Source of the DNA: Mobula hypostoma
Taxonomy: Eukaryota
Length of the DNA stretch: 64,000 nt
Direction: 5' to 3'
NCBI RefSeq assembly: GCF_963921235.1
Contig: NC_086108.1
Coordinates: 106,952,001-107,016,000 of the forward strand
A program made the translations under genes and the position numbers. The notes below the pieces were generated by a model. The model had not been told where the DNA came from. It searched no databases and worked only from the letters and a program-made list of their open reading frames with translations. Position 1 is the stretch's first letter, and every line of letters begins with the position of its first letter. Below, one piece after another: positions 24,624 through 37,778 of the stretch.

Positions 24624-24854
24624 CAAAATACACGTGGACTAAGATGTTAACTGTCCTGTGCTATCACCAGTGGGATCATCAGTTGATCTGCCACCTGTCT
24701 TCAGGAGTTTCGGCCCGCTTATGATCAAGACTCCCTCGAGGTGGTGGGCCAGCAGTGCTAAAGCACCACCTCCCACTGGTGAGCTTAAAAACTTGGCATC
24801 TGCCTCTGTCAGAGTTGTTGGTCACTTCCATCCAACAGATAGTCTTCTCTTCAG
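24624..24854 (-). mobile_element. Probable Hero-like element extreme 3' end (second family)
   Basis: The minus strand reads LKRRLSVGWK-stop (compare WIKRKDNNW), then a UTR with agcactg...gaaac...ctgatga motifs in the same order as 16610-16690. Confidence 0.5.
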
Positions 24855-26069
24855 GTGTCTATGCCTGAAAGATGAAAGGTGAAAGCAAAATGGTGGACTA
24901 CACAGGAGGAAAACGTTAAATTGATCTTGGAGGAGGCTAAAATGTCAAAACGATAGAGCGGGCTGAAGTTCCTGTACTGAGCTGGTCTGTTCTGTGCTCA
25001 ATGTTCTATCCAGAGCAGCAAACAATTTTACTGGCATAATACACACAGAATGTTGGTGGAACTCAGCAGGTCAGACAGCATCTATGGAGGGAGATAAAGT
25101 GTCGATGTATCGAGCTGAGACCCTTCTTCAGGATCATTCGCAGAGATAGAACTGTAGAGTCTTATAAATAGACTCTTCAGCCCATCTGTGCTGAACTATT
25201 AATCTGCCTAGTCCCCATCAACCTACACCCAGGTCACAGTCCTCCACATCCTTCACATTCCATTTTCTTATCCAAATTTCTCTTAAATGATGAAATGAAA
25301 CCCATATCCACCACTTACAGTGGCAGCTCGTTCCACACTCTCATCACCCTCTGAGTGAAGAAGTTCCTCTTTATGTTCTCCTTCTGTACCTTTCACCCTT
25401 CACCTATAGCCTCTAGTTCTAGAGTCAGCCAACCCTAGTGGAAAAAGTCTGCTTACATTTACCCTGTTTATACCCCGCATGATTTTGTATCCTTCTATTA
25501 AATCTCCCTTCAGCTTAGAACATCTTGGAAGACATTGATTCCATTTGCACAGGCTTGGACACTTCATCTAAGCTGACAGTAGAGTACAGGGTCAGAGGAA
25601 ATGTCCCACCACTGTCAGAGTCATGGAATTGTACAACATGGAAATAGGCCCTTCATCCCGGCTGCTCAGGGGAAGGTGAGGGGGAGCCTTGTCACTCAGA
25701 GGGTGGTGAGAGTGTGGAGCGAGCTGCCTGGAAAGTGGTGGATATGGATTCAATTTCAATATTTAAGAGTAACTTGGATAGTCTCCACAGAATGGCGCCG
25801 GTATTGAATGCCAGACTCTGGAATACTGCGAACTGTAACAGCGTCACGTTAACCACTTCGCTACCATGGCACCCAGTTTTTGGTTGCTCTGTAATAAGAA
25901 AGACATCATTAAACTGGAAAGACTGCAGAGAAAAATCCATGAGAATATTCTCATGGGCTCATGGCCTGAGTTTTATGGAGAGGATGGAAAGGCTAGGATT
26001 TTATTCCTTGGAGTGTAAGACACTGGAAGAGATCTTATAGAAGTGTATAAAATTATGAGGAGCAAATCA

Positions 26070-26730
26070 TAAACAAAACAGATTCTGTAGGTGCTGGAAA
26101 GCCAGATCAACACACACAAAATGCTGAAGGTACTCAACAGGTCAGGCAGCATCTTTGGAAATAAATGAACAGTCAATGTTTCAGACCAAGACCCTTCATC
26201 AGGACTGAGAAGGAAGGGGAAAGATGCCAGAATAAAAAGGTGAGGGGAAGAGAAGGAGGATAGCTGGCAGGTGATTGATGAAGTCAGGTGGATGGGAAAG
26301 GTCAAGGGCTGGAGAGGAAGGAATCCAATAGGAGAAGACAGTGGACCTTAGGAAAAAGGAAGGAGGTGGGAATCCAGGGGGAAGGTATACAGGATATATA
26401 GGACCCAGGATAGACATGTGATAAGAGGTAAAATGTCAGAGTGGGGAATAGAAGAAGAGGAGAGGGGCAGGAAAATTTATTTTTACCAGGAGGAGAAATT
26501 GATATTCATGCCATCAGGTTGGAGGCTACCCAGGAGGAATATAAAGTGTTGCTCCTCCACTGTGTGGGTGACCTCTTCTTGGCACAAGAGGAGGTCAGGA
26601 ACCGACATGTCAGAACGGGAATGGGAATCAGATTTAGGAGGTGTATAGATAGGATATATACACACTTTTTTTCTCCAGTTCTGCAGAAGGGTCTCAGCCT
26701 GAAACATCAACTGTACTCTTTCCAATAGAG
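26070..26730 (-). mobile_element. Penelope-like 3' fragment with partial inverted pseudo-LTR
   Basis: Minus ORF SHSRSDMSV...EEQHFIFLLGSLQPDGMNINFS. A hammerhead remnant lies at 26171-26206 (-) and an inverted copy at about 26677-26712 (+). Confidence 0.85.
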
Positions 26731-26835
26731 GACATATGGTTGGTTTAAAATGGCGGGGGGGGGTGGAGGGAAGATCTGAGAGGGATCTGAGGAGAAACGT
26801 CACCACAGAGCTGAATGGAACAAGCTGCTAAAAGA

Positions 26836-27061
26836 TACACTCACAACACACTGGAGGAACTCAGCAGCTCGGGCAGCATCCGTAGAAAAGATCGGTGGAC
26901 GTTTCGGGACGGAATCCTTCGTCAGGACTCAGGGGAAGACGAACGGTTCCGGCCTGAAACATCGACAGATCTTTTCCATGGATGCTGCCCGAGCTGCTGA
27001 GTTCCTCCAGCGTGTTGTGAGTGTTGCTTTGATCCCAGCATCTGCAGATTGTTTTGTGTTT
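26836..27061 (+). mobile_element. Palindromic Penelope-derived element, second subfamily
   Basis: Inverted arms at about 26837-26923 and 26938-27024, plus a tail. The 16-bp TSD ACAAGCTGCTAAAAGA is at 26820-26835 and 27062-27077. Confidence 0.88.
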
Positions 27062-28164
27062 ACAAGCTGCTAAAAGAAGCAGTTGAAACAGGTATAATAA
27101 TATTTCAAGGATAATTGTATAAGTGCATAGATATGAGGAGTTGAGAGGGATAAATTCAGACAAATTAGCATGGTTAGCATGATTGAGTTGGGCCGAAGGG
27201 CTTGTTTGCATGCTGTGTTACTTCAGGCCATGGTTTTAATTGGATATATACAATGGCAGCATACATGAGGATTTTCTCCTGGTACAGCACGTCTTTGTGG
27301 TAACTTTCCAGCTCATCAACAGGGGGTTTTCCTTATTGTCTCTGTGCGGATTCTCACATTTCAGATTCAGTCATGCCCATCTCTGTTAAACAGCTTGTAA
27401 CCTTAGGTGTCTCCTATTAAAACTACCAAGCAAATTATAATGGCATCCCACAGAGCTGAGAGACCAGGCTCTCTTCACTGATCTCACAATAATTATTTGT
27501 CTCTGACACGGTTCTCGCAATTCTAACATAAATTGGTTCAAAGAGCTGCTAATTTGTCTTGCGCTGGGAAAATTAATCCCCTTACAAGAAAGGGAGATGG
27601 CAGTACAATTGGCAAGAGTTAAATTAAAGAAGTTCTCAATATCACTCATTCATTTGGAGAACTCCCTGAACTCCCTGCCACCACCCAGGTCTCATCACGC
27701 AAGAAGCACCAGCAGCATTATACCGTTTACTTTTTATCTTGTATCGCAAATTCTCCTTATTATTTATTCATTTATTTGGGAAAATATTTCTGTTTTGTTA
27801 TGTGTATGAGCTGTATATACTGTGTTCTGCATCCTTGGTCTGGACGAACATTGTTTCATTTGGTGGTGTACATGTGTGCGGTTGAATGACAATAAACTGA
27901 ACTTGACCTTGAAGTTGAAGTTGTGAAGGCCAATGTGTTCGATCTGCATCCCCGTAAAGGAGATGGTCAATATCCTCCCCGCTAAGAGATCATAACATTG
28001 TCCACTGAACAGAAGTTTGATTTATGCTTGAAGGATCAAGTTCAAGACCAGTTTACTGTCATTCAACCATACCTACATATACCACCAAATGAAACAACCT
28101 TCCTTCGGACCAAGGTGCACAACACAGTACATACATACAACTCACACATAGACAACACATACAG

Positions 28165-29770
28165 CATAGAAAAAGTTGTGCCGAACATGTCCCTATGTTC
28201 AAAATTACTAGGCTTGCCTATAGCCCTCTATTTTACTAAACTCCAGGTACCTATCTAAATGTCTCTTAAAAGACCCTATCACATCTGCCTCCACCACCAT
28301 TGCCGGCAGTCCATTCCACGCTCTCACCACTCTCTGAGTAAAAAACTTACCCCTGACATCTCCTCTGTACCTACTCCCCAGCACCTTAAACCTGTGTCTT
28401 CTTGTGGCAACCATTTCAGCCCTGGGAAAAAGCCTCTGACTATCCACACGATCAATGACTCTCATCATCTTACACACCTCTATCAGGTCACCTCTCATCC
28501 TCCATCGCTCCAAGGAAAAAAGGCCGAGTTCACTCAACCTATTCTCATAAGGCATACTCCACAATTCAGGCCACATCCTTGTAAGTTTCCTCTGCACCCT
28601 TTCTATGGCTTCCACATCCTTCCTGTAGTGAGGCGACCAGAACTGAGCACAGCACTCCAAGTGGTGTCTGACCAGGGTCCTATATAGCTGCAACATTACC
28701 TCTCAGCTCCTAAGTTCAATTCCACGATTGATGAAGGCCAATACACCGTACGCTTTCTTAACCACAGAGTCAACCTGCGCAGCTGCTTTGAGCGTCCTAT
28801 GGACTTGGACCACAAGATCCCTCTGATCCTCCACACTGCCAAGAGTCTTACCATTAATACTATATTCTGCCATCATATTTCACCTACCAAAATGAACCAT
28901 TTCATACTTATCTGGGTTGAACTACATCTGCCACTTCTCAGCCCAGTTTTGCATCCTATCAATGTCCCGCTGTAACCTCTGACAGCCCTCCACACCATCC
29001 ACAACACCTCCAACCTTTGTGTCATCAGCAAACTTACTAACCCATCACTTCCTCATCCAGGTTACTTATAAAAATCACAAAGAGTAAGGGTCCCAGAACA
29101 GATCTCTGAGGCACACCACTGGTCACCGACCTCCATGCAGAATATGACCCATCTACAACCACTCTTTGCCTTTGTGGGCAAGCCAGTTCTGGATCCACAA
29201 AGCAATGTCCCCTTGGATCCCATGCCTCTTTACTTTCTCAATAAGCCTTGCATGGGGTACCTTATCAAATGCCTTGCTGAAATCCATATACACTACATCT
29301 ACTACTCTTCCTTCATCAATGTGTTTAATTACATCCTCAAAAAATTCAATCAGGCTCGTAAGGCACGACCTGCCCTTGACAAAGCCATGCTGACTACTCC
29401 TAATCATATTATACCTCTCCAAATGTTCATAAATCCTGCCTTTCAGGATATTCTCCATCAACTTACCAATCACTGAGGTAAGACTCACTGGTCTATAATT
29501 TCCTGGGCTATCTCTACTCCCTTTCTTGAATAAAGTAACAACATTTGCAACCCTCCAATCCTCTGGAACCTCTCCCGTCCCCATTGATAATGCAAAGATC
29601 ATCACCAGAGGCTCAGCAATCTCTTCCCTCGCCTCCCACAGCAGCCTGGGATACATCTCATCCGGTCCCGGTGACTTATCTAACTTGATGCTTTCCAAAA
29701 GCTCCAGCACATCCTCTTTCTTAATATCGGCATGCTCAAGCTTTTCAGTTTGCTTAAAGTCATCACTACA
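28165..29770 (-). mobile_element. 5'-truncated CR1 LINE
   Basis: Minus ORFs 29153-29851 and 28208-28696 carry RT and C-terminal CR1 motifs. Confidence 0.93.
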
Positions 29771-30612
29771 ATCATGAAGTAATATTACATGAAATAAATT
29801 CATAAATAATAAAACATATTCCAGAAGATTGACATTTAGCATAACGTACATCTATGACTCAAGTTAGGAAGTAAACAGTAAAATGCTACTGGCCCTACAG
29901 AGTAGAGCTCAGATTAGAGGGTTGTTCATTTTGAACAAAGATGCGGACGAATTTCTTTAGTCAGAGGGTAGTGAATCTGTGGAATTCATTGCGACAGATG
30001 GCTGTGGAGATTGTGTTAAAGTTCAAACTTCAAAGGAAATATATTATAAAGGTACATATATGTCACCATATACAACCCTGAGATTCGTTTTCTTGCAGGC
30101 ATACTCAGAAAATCCATAAAATGATAACCATAATAGAATCAGTGAAAGACTATACCAATTTGGGGTTTCAAACAATGTGTCAAAAACAACAAACTGTGCA
30201 AATACCAATAATAATAATAATAATAACTAAGCAATAAATATCAAGAACAAGAGATGAAGAATCCTTGAAAGTGAGACCATTGGTTTTAGGAACATTTCAG
30301 TGATGAGGCAAATGAAGTTATCCATTTTGGTTCATGAGCACTTTAATTTAGTCACTTTTTAAATTTACGAGTAACCTATCCATAGATTTCACCCTTACTT
30401 TCATAAGTTATTATGTGTTATGCATGTAATGTATACTATTCTGCTTTACACCTTGGTTCAGAGAAAAGTTGTCTCATTTGACGGTACACACGTATGCAGT
30501 TAATTAACAATAAACTTGACTTGAACTGATTGGAAAATTGTCCACATGCCTGTTTTGAAATTGTAGTTTAAAGCTGTCGGAGTTGTCTACCCTTGCAAAA
30601 AAAAGTTATGGG

Positions 30613-31342
30613 CAATGTTCCCTCTAAGGTGTGGACTTAAGTGTGTGAGCACACTTTTGCCACTAGCATACAAAGGAATTTAAACTGCACAGAAAAGGTT
30701 GTCACCCTGTACCTCGTTGTCATGTTAAGTATATTCCATGATCATTCACAAGCACATTTCCTTTTTTGGTGTCTGATGCAGGCAGTGTTGACAATGTAGA
30801 GTTTGTGATGATTTGTCTGCAGATTTTGGAACTGGCTTATTTATACCATTCTTATTGAAGAAAATATTGATTCACTATGTCGAATTCCAAAGATACAAAG
30901 GGTGTAAGATGCAAAAGAACTGCTAGTTCCTTTAAAGCAGAACAGCTTATTAGAACAGTGGAAACTGCTACACCGAACTCTCATGTCAGGAGCATGCAGC
31001 AACGAGAATATCTATGTACAGTACAATATAGAAACGGGTTTTACCTGCATGTACTGTCGCGATGCAAAAGTTGATGGAGAATTTGCAAGTTGGAAGAAGT
31101 GGGGTGATATTTGGAAACTTGACTCTTTAAGGTGTCATTTAGCAAGCAAGTCAGATGAATGAGAGCGAAAATGACCAAACCCAGAAGAGATCAAAGTTCT
31201 TATTGACAGTATTTTGCTAGCTGTTAAAATGAATAACTCTGTATATAAAATTCAGTGCGTACATGTTTTTGGCACTGGGTAAAAAGTTGCACAGCGCAGG
31301 ATTTTTGCGCACACTGGTCATTACAAATTAGAGGAAATATTG
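30613..31342 (+). mobile_element. Internally deleted hAT transposon with zinc-finger transposase remnant
   Basis: TIRs CAATGTTCCCTCTAA and TTAGAGGAAATATTG. The 8-bp flanks are GTTATGGG and GTGATGGG. Internal peptide FTCMYCRDAK...F...WKLDSLRCHLASKS. Confidence 0.85.
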
Positions 31343-32619
31343 GTGATGGGGGCATTTTAATTGTACCAATGCAATTGATTTTATTGAGGGACGTACGCAG
31401 TATTGCTAAGATTTATCTGCTTCTCTCTTAGATGATGCAGTTAGCTTGCCTATAAATAGATATATACGTTCACATTCTTTATACTCTGCCACCTATTGCA
31501 TCAAAACAGTTCTCTTTATTTTCTCCGATCCTGAATTTACAACCCCAACGTTCAGAGAGCAGTGGATATTTTTGTTTTTTTTTCCAGTTTCGCAGTGTGT
31601 ACCTGACAGAGAGCACTTTTCCTCCTTATTATGAGGAGAAAAATCATCAGAAGATTAAATGGTTCTGCACAGAAATGAAATATCCATTTTGTTCATGAAT
31701 TAAATTACAATTTAATTGGCGAGGGTTTGATTGGTGAAGGAAAAACCAGGTTTTTTTGTATGATGCTGCTCATTAGTCTGCCGGTTTCTAATTGTGAGCT
31801 TGTTTATCTCCCAGGAAGCCTTACTCTTGGAAGGCTGCAGATATTTCATTTTCCTGTTCTTCGGCTGGAAACTAATTTGGCTCATTATCCAAATGCAGTG
31901 CCTCAGATATTATAATAAAGCTCAATATGAGATGATAATCTAAAATGAAAGTGGATTCTCACTATCGGATTCAATTAATCTGAAGGATTGCAAATGTGCA
32001 TGAGCCTCACTCGTTTGCCAGATGAATTCTCCTGTGTTTTGCTGCCTTGCCTAATAATCCACTGAGGCCAGCCATCTCCAGCCATAACCAAGCAACCAGA
32101 GTTTAACAATGCATTATGGTATTGAATCTCCAAAATTCCCAATGATTTTATTTTATGATTTAGCTGCCAGCCAGTCTCCGGAGAACAAATTAGGAGCTTG
32201 CTGTGAAGAGAGCATGTTTGGGGATTGTTGAAGTATTATTTAGCTGTGTTGTTTTGTAATGAAATGTAATGCTCTTTAACAAAAAAAAATGGGTAGCAGA
32301 ACATCACCCAGTAATTGAATTAACAACTCTCTTAAAATCATCCACCCTTCATTAATTTTTATGCAACTCTATTGCATTCTCACTGCTAAGTACGAGCTGT
32401 GGTGTTACCCAGAGAAGCAGCATTTAGAAAGTGAGACCTCTACTTGTTGAGTCCTATCTCTTGCGTGCTGCTCATTTCTTTTCCAATCCATCTCCTTCCT
32501 GTCTTTTCCATATCTGAGTCCAAAGATGAGTCCACTGGAGGCAGAAGAAGATGGCCTATCCTGGGGTTACTGTGTGTGTATGGGCGAGAGGGAAAACGGG
32601 GCTTTTTTTTGTCATTCAT

Positions 32620-32863
32620 GAACACAAGAACATTTGCAGATGCCAGAAATCCAAAACAACACCCATGAAATGCTGGAGGAACTCAGCAGGTCAGGCAGCG
32701 TCTATGGAAAAGAGTAAACAGTCGACATTTCGGGCCGAGACCTTCATTAGTCCTGATGTTTCAAGTCCTAATGAAGGGTCTCAGCCTGAAACATCAGCTG
32801 TTTACTCTATTCCATAGATGCTGCCTGGCCTGCTGAGTTCCTCCAGCATTTTGTGTGCGTTGC
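32620..32863 (-). mobile_element. Palindromic Penelope-derived element (older)
   Basis: Inverted arms at about 32655-32750 and 32765-32863 with decayed hammerhead motifs. The tail is on the left. Confidence 0.8.
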
Positions 32864-34429
32864 CTTTTCTGTAACTGGTGTTTTGTTGCTTGTTGTGTCC
32901 CATGTTATTCTGATGATCATGGTGTGCACGCTGTGTTGGTGCTGGGATGAATGGCAATGCTTGCCGTCTGCCTCTTGCACATCCTCCGGTGTGTTGGTTG
33001 CTAACGCAAATGATAAATTCCACTTATGTATGTCTTGATGTACTCATGATAAATAAACTTGAATCTTTTCCAAGCCATTCCATACGGATTCAAAGTTTGT
33101 AAATTTATTTTCAAAGTATGTGTACATTTGTCACCATATGCAACCATGTGATTCATTTTCTTGCAGGCATTCACAGTCGAATAGAGAAATGCAATAGAAT
33201 TAATGAAAAACTACTCATAAAAAGACAAACAAACAGTTCAAGTAATAAATAAACAAGTAGATAAATAAAATTGAGAACATGAGTTGTAGCATCCTTGAAA
33301 GTGAGTCCAAAGGATGTGGAATCAGTTCAGTGTTAAGGTGAGTGAAGTTGTCCATGATGGTTCAGGAACCTGATGACTGAGGGGTAATAACTATTCCTGA
33401 ACCTGGTAGTGTGAGTCCTGAACTCCTGTACCTCCCTGAGAAGAAAGTGAGAAGTGAGAAGAGAGCATGGCTTGGATGGTGGGGGTCCTTGATCATAGAT
33501 GCTGCTTTCTTGTGGCAACATTCATTGACTTATTTATCTCTGTCCCTCCTTTGCCTCTATCTCATCTCTCCATTGGCTGTAAAAGATCTGATGGCAATTT
33601 CTCTGTAGAAAAGAGCTAGAATGTCTCTCTGTTGAACTGGCCAACAAATATATCTCAGCCAATGTCATCATGTTACGCTACACGAGATGAGTGTTGCATT
33701 TCATAGAACAGAGAACACAGTACAGGCTATATGGCCCACGAGTTTGTGCCAGCCTTCTAAGCTACTCTAACCCTTCCCTCCTACTTAAACCTCCATTGTT
33801 CTATCATCTTAGGATGTGTTTTATGAGCATCAATAAAAAATGGAGAGGGTCAAAGGGGATATGCCAATTTTATTTCAGCATCCCAAGGAAGTAGAGGCAT
33901 TGGTGAGTTTTCTTGACTATGGCATCTATGGACCAAGACAAGCAATTACTGTTGTTCACACCTCAGAACTTGAAGTTTCTCCACCAGCTCACCCTCAACT
34001 TCAAATTTCTAGTTTGTTATATAACTTAAAAATTTGAGTCCTCCCTATTGACCAAAAGACCATAAGATATAGAAGCAGAATTAGGCCATTTGGCTCATCG
34101 AGTCTTCTCTGTCATTTTGTCATGGCTGACCCATTTTTCCTCTCAGCCCCAAACTCCTGTCTTCTCCTTGTATCCTTTCATGCCTTGAACAAAAAAAGAA
34201 TCTATCAACCTCTGCCTTAAATATACGTAAAGACTTGGCCTCCTCAGCCACCTGTGGCAACGAATTCCATAGATTCCGCCTCATCTCCATTCTAAAAGGA
34301 CACCCCTCTATTCTGAAGCTGTCCTTTCTGGTCCTAGACTCTCCCACCAAAGGGAACATCTCTTCTGCCATGCTTCCAGCTCTTCAAAAATATGTCTTGA
34401 TATTCCAAGCCGTTCCTTTTCTTAAGTAG

Positions 34430-34690
34430 CACTCAAAAAGTGCTGGGGGAACTCAGCAGGTCAGGCAGCATCCATGAGGAGGAAGTATGTTGACATTTTA
34501 TACCAAGACCCCTCATCAGGACTGGATTGGACAGGGAGAAGAATCTAAGTTACAAAGGTGGAAGTAAGGAGTACAAGGTAGCAGCAGAAGCTAAGTGAGG
34601 GGGAAGATTGGTGGGTGGAGGAGGATGAAGTAAAAAGCTGGGATGGCAAATGTAAAGGGCTGAAGAAAAAAAGAATCGGATAGAAAGGAG
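34430..34690 (-). mobile_element. Penelope 3' UTR fragment
   Basis: tgctgggggaactcagcaggtcaggcagcatc...ccctcatcaggact followed by a purine-rich tract, as in 26110-26350. Confidence 0.7.
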
Positions 34691-36424
34691 ATCTTTCTTA
34701 GTTTCACAAAACTTTTCAAACTTTCAAAGAACATTCTGGTAACGCTGCAGAACTGTCACCGGATAAACATAACACAACAAAGCTATAACTGCATCAGCCA
34801 AGGCTTCTGTGAAAAGAGAACAATAGTGCTCTTTAAGTGCAGCCTGAACTATCTGGTAAAAATGACGTTCTAATGGAACCGGGGCTACAAGTGAGATAAT
34901 GCCAATCACTGTAGGCTCTTTGCTGCTGATGACTATAATTGGAGAGGCACAATAAAAGGCTGCAAGCCATATGCTTCTCACAAGGCAAACAAATGTGAGT
35001 CACCTTCCTGCACAAGACTACAATGAACCACACCTGGTTCTCAATCTGTTGTATAAATAAATCTGCCTTTTAATTCTAGATTTTTGAGTAACTTAAATGC
35101 ATTGTTGAAATCGCTGCATTGATGTAATTTTGACATGGCATACAAAAACCATGCAGTTTTAAGTGTTAATTCTTTACCTTTTCCCCAGGCACTTTTACAG
35201 ACTGAGCTACAACAAAAAGATTCAGAATTCGAGATTGTTTAATGCCATTTCCAGTACACAAGGAGAACGAAATAATTGTTACTTCAGATCTGATGTGGTA
35301 CAAAAGAATACGATAAATAATACAACAATAAAAACCCACAATAAACATAAATACATAAAATACCTTATATATGTAGATTGATTGTATGTCCATAAAGTGA
35401 TGTGGGTCACAGGAGTGTTTGTATGTAAAATGACAGGCAGGTAAAGATAAAGTAGTGATGGTTGGGCTGTGGAGGAATGGGTTAGTGGGTAGAAGTGTTG
35501 ATCAGCCTTACTACTTGGGGAAAGTAACTGTTTCTGGCATGGATGCTTTTGCACCTTTATAAAATATAAAATAACTTTCACAACAGAGTACAAATAAATT
35601 ATTGGTAATGTAATGGAGGAATTTTCAATTTTTCTACAGCATATTTCCACAGACACTAACGTGATGGCCAGATCATATCATTGATACACAAATATTGCCC
35701 AAGATGTCACACTGTAAAGAAATCTGAGATTTGTCACCTTATTGTGGTGCAGAGGCTTGTGAGTTACTGAGATTTTGAGAGTGACGCCCTCTGGTGTTTA
35801 ACTCCTGGTAATGGGGGGGGGTGGTGTCACCCATGGTAAGTTCAAAGGGGAGGTTTCAGACAAACAGCAGTCCAACCAAGGCATCAACTGCGGAGCTGGT
35901 GGACATGATGACATATCACAACGGCAGTAAAGATGGGCCAAGCCTGCAGCAGAGAAGGGTGCTCTGTCACCTTACACTCTGTGCCCCTGCACCTTGACCC
36001 TGATCTGTCAAAGACCGTGTGGTGGCAGCCCATGCATCAACCTCCCCACACTAATCAAAGTCACACACAGGCGTTGTCCATTAAGGGAATCAGTTCTGTT
36101 GATCCCAGATTGGCCTCTACAGCCACCTGAGGAGCCTTCAATAGACAACCCATTTGTAGAACATTGCATTTGACTTGAGTAATTGCACTACCTTGCCAGA
36201 ATGAAGCATAGCGACTCTACCCCATTGAGAAATGTGCACAGATTTATGGTGAACGTTCTGACTGGTATGTCACTGCCTGGCAGGGATGGTCCAATGTACA
36301 GGACCGGTAAAAGTTACAAAGGGCTGTAGACTCAGCAAGCTCTATCAGGGGCACTGGCCTCCCTCCCACTGAGGACAAAAAGTGGTGCTTCAAAAAGGCA
36401 ACATCCATCCTTAATAGAGAAAGG

Positions 36425-37778
36425 TAGAAACGTAGAAAACCTACAGCACAATACAAGCCCTTCAGCCCACAATGCTGTGCCGAACATGTACTTATTTTAG
36501 AAATTACCTAGGGTTACCCATAGCCCTCTATTCATCTAAGCTCCATGTACCTATCCAATAGCCTCTTAAAAGACCCTATTGTATCTGCCTCCATCACCAT
36601 TGCTGGCAGCCCATTCCATGCACTTACCACTCTCTGCATAAAGAAAACTTACCCCGACATCTCCTCTGTACCTACTTCCAAGCACCTTAAAACTGTGCCC
36701 TCTTGTGTTAACCATTTCAGCCCTGGGAAAAAGTTTCTGACTATCCACACGATCAATGCCTCTCATCATCTTATACACCTCTGTCAGGTCACCTCTCATC
36801 CTCCATCGCTCCAAGGAGAAAAGGCAAAGTTCACTCAGCCTATTCTCATAAGGCATGTTCCCCAATCCAGGCAAAGTCCTTGTAAATCTCCTCTGCACCC
36901 TTTCTATAGTTTCCACATCCTTCCTGTGGTGAGGTGACCAGAACTGAATACAGTACTCCAGGTGGGTTCTCACCAGGGTCCTATATAGCTGTAACATTAC
37001 CTCTCGGCTCTTGAACTCAATCCCACGGTTGATGAAGGCCAACGCACCGTATGCCTTCTTAACCACAGAGTCAACCTGCGCAGCAGCTTTGAGTGCCCTA
37101 TGGACTTGGACCCCAAGATCCTTCTGATCCTCCACACTGCCGAGAGTCTGACCATTAATACTATATTCTGCAATCATATTTGTCCTATGAACTACCTGAC
37201 ACTTATTTAGGTTGGAACTCCATCTTCTACCTCTCAGCCCAGTTTTGCATCCTATCAATGTCCCACTGTAACCTCTAATAGCCCTCCACATTATCCACAA
37301 CACCCCCAACCTTTGTGTCATCAACAAATTTACTAACTCATCCCTCCACTTCCTCATCCAGGTCATTCATAAAAATCACGGAGTAGGGGTCCCAGAACAG
37401 ATCCCTGAGGCACACCACTGGTCACCAACCTCCAGGCAGAATATGACCCGTCTACAACCACTTTTTGTCTCCTGTGGGCAAGCCAATTCTGGATCCACAA
37501 AGCAATGTCCGTTTGGATTCCATGCCTCCTTACTTTCTCAATAAGCCTTGCATGGGGTACCTTATCAACTGCCTTGCTGAAATCTGTATACACTACATCT
37601 ACTGCTCTATTTTAATCAATGTGTTCAGTCACATTATCAAAAAATTCAATCAGGCTCCTAAGGCACGACCTGCCTCTGTCAAAGCCATGCTCATTATTCC
37701 TAATCATATTATGCCTCTCCAAATGTTCATAAATCCTGCCTCTCTGGATCTTCTCCATCAACTTACCAACCACTGAAA
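36425..37778 (-). mobile_element. 5'-truncated CR1 LINE
   Basis: RT motifs DFSKAVDKV and GVPQGSVLGP, and a tail ...catagaaaac. Same family as 28165-29770. Confidence 0.93.
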
